The position numbers and the translations under genes were made by a program. DNA of 64,000 bases. Origin: Balanoglossus misakiensis. Lineage: Eukaryota; Animalia; Hemichordata. The notes under the pieces were generated by a model. The model ran no database searches, had not been told where the DNA came from, and was given only the letters and a program-made list of their open reading frames with translations. The DNA is taken from the NCBI GenBank assembly GCA_040954595.2, contig CM082579.2, positions 1,935,908 to 1,999,907 on the forward strand, in the 5' to 3' direction. Positions 26,201-47,159 of this stretch are shown here, piece by piece (positions within the stretch are counted from its first letter, which is position 1; every line of letters begins with the position of its first letter).

Positions 26201-28853
26201 AACACATTAGCAGGATTACAATGTATCACTATGAACAATTTCCCCAAGAGCAGGTACATGGTACAGGTACTACCAGTTTTAAAGATATTAAAGATATATT
26301 GAGTATTTACAGACAGAAGCTCAAGGTACATGTACATTAAGTGAGGTTGTGACAGTCACAAGCATGTACCAGCACTTGGAGGCTGTTTTATGGGTACGAT
26401 GCACTTCATAGATTGGCAGTCAATAACTATTTTCATTTTGCAAACCTGTAAATCGAAACTATTCATAAAGCAAATATTGATCTCCGTATACTGAAATACA
26501 ACAGTAGTCTCTGCAGTCGGTGTGATGTTTGTTGAAAGCGTTGGGACACTTTGTCAGATGTGTTGCCAGTACAGAATTAGCATGTTGTCATCAAGCACCA
26601 TGACATATAGCATATCATGGCACTCAATCACCTTAATTAGTTCACAGGTGATGTATTCCCTCATCCCCTTTTGTGTAGCTTTGCAGGTTTTGGGTACAAC
26701 AGTATCTTTTGTTTCTTTTGAATATTTCATTCAGTATATACTGGAAGATTGATTTTAATAAAAAAGATTATTATTCGTTTTACAAGTTTCTTTACAATAT
26801 TGATTTGGTTTTTTTTCTAAAACATGGGTTAAAATGACTGTATTTTTTACTTTACACCATTTAATATCATACATAATTTTCTAGTCTTCTACATCCTTTA
26901 TGATCGTGCAAACACTTAATAGTTTCAACAGGTATATCTGAATTTGAATGTGAAATATACTACGGATATGTTTAATCTGATATTGGCCAAGTTGCCAATG
27001 GATACATGTATCAACCTTGGCCTTGATACCCTGCCAGTGAAGACTTGTTGTTATTTAAAGACTTGAAGTGACCATGGCCTATGACCTCATTTGGCAACTG
27101 TGGAAGGAGGAATAAACACATTACACGCACATCAATCACCTGTAGGGTGTGGCAGTGCCCTGATAAACGCGATGTATGTCACACAAATAAGATAAACCAA
27201 CATATGTATCACACACATATGGATGCTGAAGTAAACACTGCAAATGGCTGTCTATAGAGCCGGTATGAGTGATCGAGTCGCCCCACAGTATGGTTAACTC
27301 ACAGATGTGTTTTGTATAGTGTATGTCACCTCACTGAATTTATCATCTTTTTGTATAGGTACAGCAGAAACATGAAACAAGGCATAGGTCTTGCTTTTTA
27401 TCTAGCATAGCTATTGCGGTTAATTATTGCATGTTGAGTATTTTTTATCTGATGTGCGTAAATAACACGACCAAAATTTTCAATACGACTGATTTATGGA
27501 CTGGTACTACTTGACAGGTCACTTAAGTCTTTTTGTCAACTTGTTTACTATTTGAGTGTAAAGCTCATCATTAAAATACCAGTACAGCCAGTGACATTCC
27601 TGACTGAAGGAAATTCTACATGTTTAAAAATTATTCTTTGCATTATACAGTAATCATCATCAGCTAGGACAATATAACATTATATTTAAGTGCAAGATCC
27701 ATTAAAAGGACAAAGTCTCTCTCTTGCTGCCCTTTTCCGATTAATTATGTTTGATACAAGACACCATTGATGTTAAGTACATGTGAATACATGTATATAG
27801 TGAATCAACGTTCAACCACAAACAACTTCCATCCTGCATATAGATGTGAGAGTAAAAATCTCGCCAAAATGAATAAATGTTAAACACTGATTGTTCATTT
27901 TTGGCTACTTTAGATTATTCATTTATTGCCGAAAATTATTTTTCATTAACTCATTAAATTCGGGGGGAGGGGTCTTTTCAAAATAAAATTAAAACTTTCA
28001 AAATGGCCGCCAAATTTGAGGTTCAAAATGGCCGCCTATATCTGTGCTTAGTCTATAGCATTCAAAATGGCCGCCAAATTTAGTGACTTTGACAATCTCT
28101 ATGGTAAACATTATGGAGAAATTTTACTCATAGTTCAACCACACACACCTTCCATCCCACTTGTTGACACGCGAGTGAAAAACTCGCCAAAATGAATATT
28201 CGGTGTTTACCATTTATTCATTTTGGCGAGATTTTTATTCTCATATCCTACAAACGTGATGGTTGAATGTTGATTCACTATATATCCACAACATAAACAG
28301 TGTAGTGAATCAAACATAATAAATGGGAAAAGAAGAGTGAGAGAGAGACTTTGTCCCTTTAATGTTCTCAAAACATTTATGAAACTGCAATTTAAGATGT
28401 TCAGAACACTACCTGAATTTAGTCTGGTAATGATCAGCTTTTTATCGGGATATGAAACAACGATTGATGGGTTAAATTCACGATTATTTTTTTATGTTTG
28501 TTACCAAGCACTTTGACCCAATTAGTGTACATATCAGTGACCTAATTTCTCCAACACTTTAAGTTGCCGCATCAATGAATAGCGTCGCTCTCTCCAACTT
28601 TTCGCATCGACATGTTTACTAAAAACTAGATCTTTGGAAATAAATAGGCCGTGACTGAATCGCATAATTCATCTTTCCCTTTGGCTATAAATACACAACA
28701 AGCGGGGATGTGATAAAGATAATTTCAAGTTGGGCGCCGTGACCTACTGCGCGTACAGGTGCTGTACTGTTCACGGCTCACTTACCCATCCCGACTTTCG
28801 CATGTTGTAGACCCAATTTCGGCAATTCCGCATTTTGCCATGCCGGTCGACAT
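14286..28853 (-). CDS. bHLH-PAS-PAS transcription factor, Methoprene-tolerant (Met/Gce)-like within the CLOCK-related group, ~1367 aa; exons 28853-28786, 26177-26011, 25104-25025, 24495-24406, 23749-23638, 23441-23310, 23140-22987, 22753-22647, 22378-22231, 18968-17920, 16951-16230, 15832-15608, 15335-14286
   Basis: 13 exons join in phase (4104 nt), with one GC-AG intron. bHLH RLSRNMSDKLRRDKLNNYISQLADLV..KTAILKLSVNYLRL; PAS-A GFLLIVSRRGTLMFASDTIESLLGH..EIIGQSVFNVLHPDD; PAS-B EYVTRHDLMGNI..LGYMPAEVCGMSAYKFLHRDD..RLTSVTGKTVFVRTHG..VMSEEEG; long low-complexity C-terminus. The three long ORFs in the track (17900-18943, 16173-16925, 14286-15452) are its exons. Confidence 0.85.
23190..23275. repeat. 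Imperfect (GAT)n/(GGT)n trinucleotide microsatellite in a short bHLH-PAS intron
   Basis: gatgatgatgatgacgattaatgatgatgatgacgattaatgatg...tggtggtggtggtgg; includes a duplicated ~19-nt unit. Confidence 0.8.
27706..28358. mobile_element. TTAA-flanked MITE (Kolobok-like) with ~190-bp inverted arms, in intron 1 of the bHLH-PAS gene
   Basis: TTAA-aaggacaaagtctctctc ... gagagagactttgtccct-TTAA. Arms share tatatagtgaatcaac and taaaaatctcgccaaaatgaataaatg blocks in inverted orientation. Confidence 0.75.
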
Positions 28854-29952
28854 CCGTCTGCTTAACCACCTAAAAGTTTACAGCCTTTCTTCATGTCACA
28901 ACAATTAAACGGAATGTATGTTACTGTTTCCCGACTCAGTCGTTCAAAACATCATGCGCTGTGCCCCCTGACCTGACCTGACCTAGTATATGAACGAAGT
29001 AACTGCACGCAAACGTACTGTACTGTACATGCATATGGATAATAAGATGTCATGCGATTCGGCAATAAACTCTATTTAAATTTCAAGCATATTACGTACA
29101 CATTTTAGTACCACTTTGGCAGCAAGTAGCACTTGATTTTCAACCAATAAGAAGCCCTACCAGTTACAGGATGCCATTCATACCACAGTCCTCCCCCCCC
29201 CCCCCCCCCATGACTACCCTGTGTTATAAAAGAGGTGGAAGCTGGAGAAACAGTTGGTGGTAATCTCTACAACGTTGTTTCGGGAGTCACTGGACTCACT
29301 CATCAGGAGACTGAACAGTTATATTCCGCTCTACTTTAGTATCAAACACTTTGTAATCGGACCAATCAAATCGCATACTTCGTACATACATACATGTATA
29401 CACACATACACAAACACTTTGCAGAAAACTAACCATTATCAACCGCAAGTTTATTATTTGTATGAATGAAAAAAAGGGAAACAAAATGAAAGTTTTACAA
29501 AATAGTAAATCCTGACAAATATAACCAAACATAGCAATATAAGTCAGTCCACCGTAACAGAAAACTTTATACAAAGACAATCTGAGAGGTCTTGTCAATC
29601 TCCCCCTACATGCATGACTACACAGAACATGTGAAGTCATACATGGGATGGAAAGTACATTTTTTTGCACCTTGAGAGTTTTTGTCTCAAGAATAAAATA
29701 TCCTATCTATGCATGCTTTTAAACTAAAATGGAGAATTAACGGTAAACTCGACTACAATGGGTTGGCAATACACTTGAATTTACAGGAGGATGGCATGCC
29801 CCCCATACGCCACAGATACATTGCTTGAATCACTGTAGAACTGAGACTGTGTCATAATATGTCTGACTGTGCTTGCACAAGAGAACCAGAAAGAAGTTTC
29901 ATCATGGTGGAGAAGATGGGAAATGATTTGACAGAGTAAATAAAACAGCTCC

Positions 29953-31254
<1,302 letters not shown>

Positions 31255-31729
31255 TTTCTTTCAGCCAAACCAAATAGACCACTTAAGTTTGTGAATGTGA
31301 ATCAACAACAAAATCCATTTGAAGAAAACAGACAATTATCAAAAATTCTGTCGGGCTAGTTAGTTGACAGTGGTGTGGAAAACCCAGACTTGACTTTTCC
31401 TTATTAAAAATTATTCTGTCATATATATATTTGTGAATTGCAGTACCTGAGATCAAGAATTCACAAAAGGTATCTTAAGGGGCTCAGAGAAGCCATTTTG
31501 AAATATTTGTCAGCATCGAAGAAGTTTGTCTCAGCTCCGTTGATGAGTCAAATACCTGATATAGCGGTGATCGGAATGCCACATTTTAATTGTTAAGTGA
31601 CGGGTATATTTTACTAGTTGCACTCTCTAAATACACATTATTCAGCGTTCCGATCGCTCCCTACACAATATTGACGCCGGCTTTGTTTACATTACACTGT
31701 TAGTGTCACTTGCAAGTTGCAGACACCTG

Positions 31730-31742
31730 GTCGCCAGGTAAC
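31730..31742 (+). promoter_or_regulatory. RFX X-box upstream of BBS7
   Basis: GTCGCCAGGTAAC fits GTNRCC-N(0-3)-RGYAAC, ~100 bp before the BBS7 ATG. Forkhead-type TGTTTAC (31684-31690) and GTAAAC (31744-31749) flank it. Confidence 0.7.
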
Positions 31743-31837
31743 AGTAAACTAAAAACGTGATCTTGCAGTCTGAAGTGGACACTTAGTTAGAAGATATAAA
31801 TTACGGGAAGCAGATCTCCAAAGGAAAGGCTGCCAAA

Positions 31838-34800
31838 ATGATGGAATTAAATTTACAGCGTGTTGACTACCTCCAGGTATGTATAATCTCCACTCCAGAC
31901 CCATACCTGTATTTGGTAAAAGCTACTGAGTTTTGTCACTTTCATCTTCTTTGATACCAGAATCCCATGGACACAGCAAAATAGATCACTTGATGCATTG
32001 AAATAAATCATGTGACTCTCTTGGCCATAGTTTACTGCATTGATTATTCTATAAATGTTCACAGGTTGGGGTGACGTCACCAAAAAGTATGAAACTTATG
32101 CCTGAGAAGAAACCCAAAGCCCCACAGAGGGTTGCAGTTGCTGATCAGAGTGGTATATTGCAGTCTTTTCACATGAAGAAAGGAGAACCAGTTGTAAGTA
32201 TCTAATAATCTATGGATAGTGTGGGGAGCTGAAAAGTAGTTCTTGTCCATAATGATTAAAAAGTACTGTTTTACGCAATCTCTCTATTTTTAACATGCTT
32301 GTAAATACCCTGACTTTCAGCCGGTGTTTAAGACATTACCAAGCTCTAAGATCACACGGTTGGAACTTGGAGGTGCAATTGGAACACCACTGGAGAAAAT
32401 CTTTATAGCAACTGGGCCAGAGGTCAGAGGTTACTCAAAGAAGGGCAAGCAATTCCTGGGATTTGATACAAATTTAACAGAAAGCATCAAAACAATGTAA
32501 GTATCAGCCTGTTTTTTATCAGATCTGTTTCCTTTTCCCAAACAGACCATTTTGGGATGACTTATATCTTCAGGGAGACAGCCGTATACTGTTACCCTCA
32601 TGGCCGGTCAATTGTATAACAATTACATGTCTAACAGGTTTCTGTGATCATCTCTCCTTTGCTCTTCTCTAGGTGGGTAGCTGGTAGTCACCTCTTCATA
32701 TCTGGCAATTACATCTACAATCATTACGTGGACTGCAAAGACCAGGACTATTACCTGTGCAGTGACATGATCAATGACGTCATCTGCCTTGATATAACCA
32801 AAGTCTCTGATGTCACGCCCATTCTAGCATGTCAAGACAGGGTTCTGCGTGTTCTCAACTCTTCGGACTTGTTGTATGAAGTTGAAGTTCCTGGTCCACC
32901 TTTGTGCTTGAGCCTCTTTTCTGGTGATGGCGGTAGGTCACTAATTGTTCCCCAACGCTTGCTGTGATGAAATCTGTCTATTTGTGGGATATTTGACCTA
33001 TTGGTTAGGACACCAGATTAGATTTATTATTATGTATGGCACAGCAATAAAATAACATAAATATAGTCTTTATTCAATTATGTTTTTCATTTTTTTAATA
33101 ATCAGGTGATGATGGAGAAGAACTGTTGTATGGAACAGCTGATGGTAAAGTAGGATTAGTACAAATTAGCAGGTCAGAATATTATACAAATACATATTAG
33201 CACGCTAGAATGATATTTGAAACAATATGATTAATTTTGTTATTTACTAGAAATAGATGACATAAATAACCTACTGGTGTTCTTGTCAGGATAATGGATG
33301 ACAAGTGTATTATATCGGTATTAACGTAATCCCATTCTGGGAAATTTCCACCATTAAATCAAAATAAGTTGACATCAATCAAATGCATATGACCATCTGG
33401 AGTGCTCTGCTAAATATGGTTTCAGCAACTGTGTGCCGCATCTGTCACTGTCACTTTGATGTGCACTCTTGCATTATGCATGACAGCACTGCTTCACCAC
33501 CCTTGTATTGCTTGTTTCTCTGCTGCATAGAACTAAAGAAGAGTTTGAGTAAGTTCATTTTTGTGCAGCTCTACAGATCCCGTTTGTCCATATGTTGTGT
33601 GCACTGCTTGCTGTCAATGCTGGTGTCATGTGTATACTAAGTTCTTATTTGAGCTAATCTTGCTTGCCCATAAACTTTTTCAACTTATCTGTCATGTTTT
33701 GTTAGCTTACTTGACATTGTATGGTTGCCTTTTACAAAAAATGTGCCACTGTAACAATAGATCTTCACTGCTCTAATTCTAAAGTAACCTCTCCTGAAAC
33801 ATGGTGCCATATTTAATATCGGCCAAGTTGTCACAATAATTCTTCTCGCCTGTTTTTATCACCAGCCTGGGTCCGAGTCACCGCTGGGAGATTCCAAATG
33901 AGAAGCGTTACGGGGGTGTGTTGTGTATTGATAACTATGACATCACGGCTGATGGTGTTCAGGATTTGCTGCTCGGACGAGATGACGGATTGATAGAAGT
34001 CTACGGATATGATGAGGCTGATGAACCTATCCACAGATTCAGTCAGGTGTGTTCAATTGCAATATGTTTGAAATGATCTCAATGCCTTGAAGATGTTTGT
34101 ATTCCTCTTTCATATAAATAACCATTTAACACAGATGCAATTATTTTCAGACAATGAGTGAAAGCATCGGGTCTATTCAGGGTGGTGTAGTGAAAACTGC
34201 AGGCTATGATGAGATACTGGCTTGTACTTATGCAGGTAAGTGAATTGCACACAAGACTGCTCACTCCACTGTGATTCAGATTCTCCTAACTTGTGCCAGG
34301 TGCCGACTGGCTGCTTTCCACTGGGTTCATTTGGCTCATGCATTAATCTATTAATGTTTTACCTTATATTGTCACTAGGTTGGATATTAGGATTGACGAC
34401 AGAGCCACAACACAAAGAGGTTGGACCTGGTGATGAAGTCAAAGTCAGCGAGGAAACACAGGCTAAAATTTCAAATCTAAGGTTGGCATCACATCCAAAA
34501 TAAGTCTTGATACAAAGAGTGGAATTTATCGTTTCATTCTCATGGAAGTTCTGAGACCTTCTAAATCCATTCAATCTATGCATTCAAGTTTCTGAAAAGT
34601 TTTTGGATTTCGTTTACAGACAAGAGTTAGAAGAACTTCAAAGGAAAGTGATGAGTGAAAGAGAGAAATACCAGAGTTCGTCCCACAGTAACAAGGCCAT
34701 GTCCGCTATACCACATTTCAACATCAACGACAAGTTCTCACTGAACAGGGACGATGCAAGCTATACGCTCAGCATTGAAGTGCAAATGGCAATAGATAAT

Positions 34801-36489
34801 GTGTTGCTACAGAGTGACGTCCCCATTGATTTGCTGGATGTGGACAAAAACTCGGCTGTCGTCAGCTACAGTGCCTGTGATACTGAGGTAAATTATCCCA
34901 ACAGAGGATTTTGTGAATTTTCTCTCTGTTCATTGACAACACTGGTGTCTGACGAGAGATATTTCACATAGTTTTTTTTCACCAATTCAATCAAGATTTG
35001 TACATGTATAAATGCCTAAGTATTACAGAGTTTGTTCTAAATTCTGTTTTCCAGAATGGCAACTTCTTGCTGGCGACATACCGTTGCCAGGCCAACACCA
35101 CCCGACTTGAACTGAAGATACGTTCAATAGAGGGTCAGTACGGGACACTGCAGGCGTACATTACACCAAGAGTCCAGCCAAAGACATGCCAAGTTAGGCA
35201 GTACTTAATCAAACCGTTATCACTCCATCAGCGAACCCATGCACTTGATGAAAAACGGTATGTGTACTTTATCAGACATCCGAAAGATAAATTTGATTCA
35301 AGTACTAGTATACAAACCTGAAAAATATAAAAGTACATCTTTAAATTCAAATTATGACACATCTCAAATCTTTACCTTCACTGTGCAAGCTTGTGTGTGA
35401 AAATAAAAGAGTGCAACATTTGTGTCCACATTTCAGACCAATGAACACGTTAAAACTGACTGGTCAGTTCAGCTTGGCTGAAGTCCATTCCTGGGTGTGT
35501 TTCTGTTTGCCTGAACTGCCTGAAAGGACGCCCTCTGGTGAAACAGTCAACTTCAATTTCCTCTCAACCTTCCTGGACACACAGTTGGAGTGTACTTACA
35601 GGTGAGTTCAATACAGACTCTACTTCTTAGCCTGCTAGTCTTGTCATTGGTGCTTGTTGATGCTACTCTAGAAGATGTTTTCCCATCCAACAATCAGGGT
35701 CACACTATATGATGCTACATTTTTGCAATGACATCATGAATGTTTACTTTATTGACACAGGAAAGGTGAAGGTATCTTCAGGTCTGACAACATCTCAACT
35801 ATTTCCATCCTGAAAGACGTACTTACCAAGGAAGCCACTAAGAGGAAAATCAATCTGAATATTTCCTACGACTTAGTGGAGGAAACAGTGCCAGAGACAA
35901 TCAAACTCATCCATCCCAAACTGGAATATCAGTTGCTATTGGCCAAGAAGGTTCAGCTGATTGAAGCACTCAAGGTGTGTGCTCTTGTGCTGGACATAGG
36001 TTGTCTATGCGTGTAGTGCCTGTGTGTGTGAAGGTATGGAGGGGTGAGGTGTGTCTAAAGTCTGTACATCCTAACATCATTATGTGCTTTATTTGTTTGG
36101 CAGGAACTCCAAATTCACGAGCAAGACCTGAACTTCATGTCTCCAGAATACAGACAGATACTTGAAGAGTCTGAGAAGTTGCAAGCCGAATACAAGAAAC
36201 AGCCGTGTCATCTTGAAAGACTCTATGATATCCTTTGTAAACACCAACATATTCAGTGTTGATGATTTCAGCTGCCTTATGCATTTCAGACACACTCCAT
36301 TGTCTACAACAATGTTATTTACATTGTCATTTATATTTCCTTAATTTAATCTTACGTATGATCACAGACTTATTTATCGACAAGTTCAAGTTCAAGGGCA
36401 CCAACGTGAAGACCAAAGTTCCACAGCTTCTGGAAGTACTGGATAACTACGACCTTCAAAGTCTTATCGGCTTCTTTGAGACTGTTTGA
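31838..36489 (+). CDS. BBS7: Bardet-Biedl syndrome 7 protein (BBSome subunit), 715 aa; exons 31838-31876, 32065-32193, 32321-32496, 32673-32932, 33106-33172, 33866-34046, 34151-34235, 34379-34481, 34620-34887, 35055-35257, 35437-35601, 35761-35974, 36104-36227, 36356-36489
   Basis: N-terminus [24 protein letters not shown], internal [45 protein letters not shown]-terminus [28 protein letters not shown]. Exons join in phase (2148 nt) when the last intron is read as AT-AC. Confidence 0.96.
36228..36355 (+). other. U12-type (minor spliceosome) AT-AC intron, last intron of BBS7
   Basis: 5' site ATATCCTTT (36228-36236), branch sequence TTCCTTAAT (36337-36345), terminal AC (36354-36355). Removal restores LERLY-G-MITDLF. 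Confidence 0.93.
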
Positions 36490-39400
36490 GAGTTGACAGA
36501 AAACCGACAGTCAAACATGGGACTTTGACAAGCACAATTTGTATGCAATACCAAGACATGGATACTGAACACAGTTAGCCACATGTTTTCAATGTCACAC
36601 ATTAATCTTATTTTGGACTTGAGGCCGTCCTAGAATGGAAACTTTCTTTCTTTCATTACAAGACTATAAATGTATATAAGCAGAGTGAATGTTGCATTGT
36701 AGAAATTATCAAATTATTTGTATGCTAATTGTATGTAAATATAATGAATTTAAAATATATTATTGTGTGTATATTGATATGTCAGTCCTTTACAAACCAC
36801 ATGAGAATCTGAGATAAATCAGCATTGTCCTTAATGTGTGTGCAGTATGGTCTCTAGACTTGGCCAGAAAGTGTGCAAGCAATTTATGGTGGAGCTGTCA
36901 AAATTTCAATCATGTACATTTAATAGTTTTATACTCACATGCCACCTTGTACCTCTTCCTTATCCTTGTTTACTGTCAAAAAATATGAAAACATGATGTT
37001 AAACGGACAAAGATACTTGCTTTTAATTTTGACATTTTTCGGTTGTTTTTGTTAGTTTTAATTGCTTTTATTTATGTTGTTCAGCTCACTAAATGTTTAA
37101 TTAAAGGTCACTAAATGTTTCAACAAACATGAAATCTTGTGTCGTGTCTCGTTTGTATTTCAACAATTATCCAAATCAAATCAACAGCAATAAAAAGCAA
37201 AGTACTGTAAAGTCGTACCAGGATCACAAAAAGGACCAGTATCAAATTGTACCTCTGAATCCAAGAACCACTTGGCAGAAGAAAAATCTTGCTTGATAGC
37301 GACAATTTTCGGCTGGAATGTTCCATCTTTGGCCGCTAAGGTCTTGACTGTGGTCAACCGATGACCCGCGCGAGTGGACGATGAGAATAAGAAGCATACC
37401 GTACATCTGTTTTGTTTGCATATGTTGGTTTTATTGAACAATCTTTGGTGCGGTACACACAGGTCAGTTCGATGCAACATGCACATGACATTGAATTTTT
37501 TTTTTATTCTGCTTCAATCTGTAGAACATTCAGGCTTAAATGACTGATTACAATATTTTTCGCACAAAACAGCTTCTTGCTCTCACACAACAATATTGCC
37601 AGATTGACTCCATTTTTAGGAGAATTGTACACGCTGACGAGTTACAACACACATAATGAAATGAAAAAAAATCCCCAGAAAACGAAGAGACTCCCGGCTA
37701 CATCTGTATCATGGAAAATAAATGACAATACAACTGTCAATTTCCACACATCTTTTCACAATATTATTCTCCGACACCATGTTACAATTTGGTAAAGTCA
37801 CAGCACAGGCCATAGCATTTTGAAAACGGCACATTATAGCAGCATGTTTTGTACATGTTTATTTACATGAGGAAAAAAGGTGGTACGTGTTTGTGTGACC
37901 ACAGGAAATTCACGGCTGGTCTACGAAAGATTGTTCATAGCAAAACTGATATGTTAGCTGGGACCACTAAAAGTTATTTACTACTTCTAAAACTATTACT
38001 GTAACATACTGTTAGCCCTACACATCTTACTACTAGATTCTAGTAAAAAATAAACCATGTTGTAACTGAAGTCAGCTCTTGTATGATTACGGCATTGCAC
38101 TTTTTTTTCTTTCTTGAGGTGCAGGTTGCTCTTTTTGCTCAACCTTAGCAAGACTGCTGTTACCTGTATTAAGAATACAGGGTGTCAACTGATGAAGTTG
38201 ATGTTAAATCTTTACTTCACAGATTTATTTGTTTTAAATTAATGAGATCGTTAAAATTAATTACAATGTAATTCATCTACATAAACTCATGTCGTGTCAG
38301 CTTTTGTAGTCTTCTGATTTGATTGTTGATTCCATTCAAATTTCATCAATATTAACTTGTTCATTTTTATTACTCGATTTAAAGATGTGAACAATTTGAG
38401 GTGCAGCAGTTTTATTATGTGAGGCAAAACTACTGCAAAGATCTCATGGCATCACAATCTTACGTATTAGAAAACTGGACTCAATCTTACAATGAAATCA
38501 AATACTGAATGAACTGCAATAAATTCCCCATCATCAAAGAAACTGCTCAGACAATCCATGCTCCCTTTTTGGAGACTTGTTTTGCCCTGTGGACTTGTTC
38601 AATAGGGTACATACATGTATCTGTTTACCACTGGTGTGGTCAAACGTATAGATTGTTCAAGTTAACATTTGTAAACTTCGCTGGACATACACACCTCACT
38701 ATACCTACATGTAATTTGTCTCCTCTCGGTTACACATAATTTTCAGTCAAATTTTCTGCACAAAGAAAGCCAAACACCAAATATTTATTGAAAATTTCAT
38801 TGCAGGGACCTCCTGTTGTCTGAAAACGTTACTTTTTAACCTGAACTCACCTGCAGTATGACTGCATATACATTGTAATATAATTCAATAATTTCAATGG
38901 CAGTAGACACAAAACATTCAAAACAGACCAATCGCTGGCACAAAAGGGAGTTGTAGAAAATTCTCACTCTCAAAGGAAACATGAAGTTTTTTCTGTCAAT
39001 CACTGGTTGTCTACAAGAGGAGTATGTGTATTTTTTTATATACCATCAGAGTCCAAAGATCTAGGTATTTTCCAAGATCCCAAACATGCCTACCAGAACT
39101 ACTTGGCGTGGACAATGCCTACCTGCACTCCAGGCACAGGTCAGCCCTAACTACACTCCCCCAGCGGCTATTTTGTCAAATAAAATTATTCATTGAATTT
39201 TTTTAGTTTTTAATATATTAGTTAATATACATTTCTTAAGAATTGACATAATTAATGATATTTACACCTCATGTCTCCATTCCCTGATGGCAAATATCTA
39301 AATGTTACTACATCCCCCTGCTTAAACTTGAAATAGACACTGGCTTAAAGACGCGGTACGCAATTAACTTCCAACTACACTGGAGGGTAATACAACTTTG

Positions 39401-40300
39401 CTATCCAAGTTTGATTCTACTCAGAAATCTAACTCCATCCTAACAATGCATCATACATGTACATGTACACATTTCTTATATCACCACCTCCCAAGTTTTC
39501 CATCAGTCCAAAATCCCACTAAACATCATTTCAAACCAGCTATTCTGCAATGACAGCAGGGATAGCTCCCTTGCACTCACCTCTACTCTACAAAATGGAC
39601 CGGTCCATTCCACTCGGCAACACAGGGTCATTCTAAAACAAGGTGATGGTGGAGGATGAGGGTTGAAAATACTATGATCCCCCGAAACTCCTGAAGAAAA
39701 TCTCAGACACATTCCATCATATACAAATCAATCATTTTCATGGAAACTGTGCAATTAATAATCCTCTCATATCACACGACTATTCCTTCTGTGTCCGCCC
39801 AGATATTGCTACACAAATATATATCATAAGTTTATAGACATACACCCAAAATATACCAGTAATATTGTTTGAGTGCGGTCATACATGTAGATGTATGTAT
39901 ACATGTACTTTCTGTTGTACAGTGACATACATACAGTGAATATAATAAAAAAGCAATGCATTCCGATATAAATCAATCTAACTTGCTTTTCATAATTACC
40001 AGATATTATTTTCATAACTAAAGTCAATGCTAATACCACCTACTCTGTCCATAAATCCTAAAAAAAAACCAAGTGAATGCTTTAGTGGTGGTTGACATTT
40101 TTACTGTCTCACCTGCCTCTGAAGTAAATTCCACCACTGAAAAGTTAGCCATGTGACTAATAAGGTCAAACGTAAAAAAAGTTTGAAAACATTCTGTATG
40201 TACATGTCTGTGTGTTGAATGATACATATGTGTGTATCCAGAATATCTGTGTTCTCAAGTGCGATGATGTCTTCACTGTGTGTCGTTACACTTGTTGTGT

Positions 40301-47159
<6,859 letters not shown>

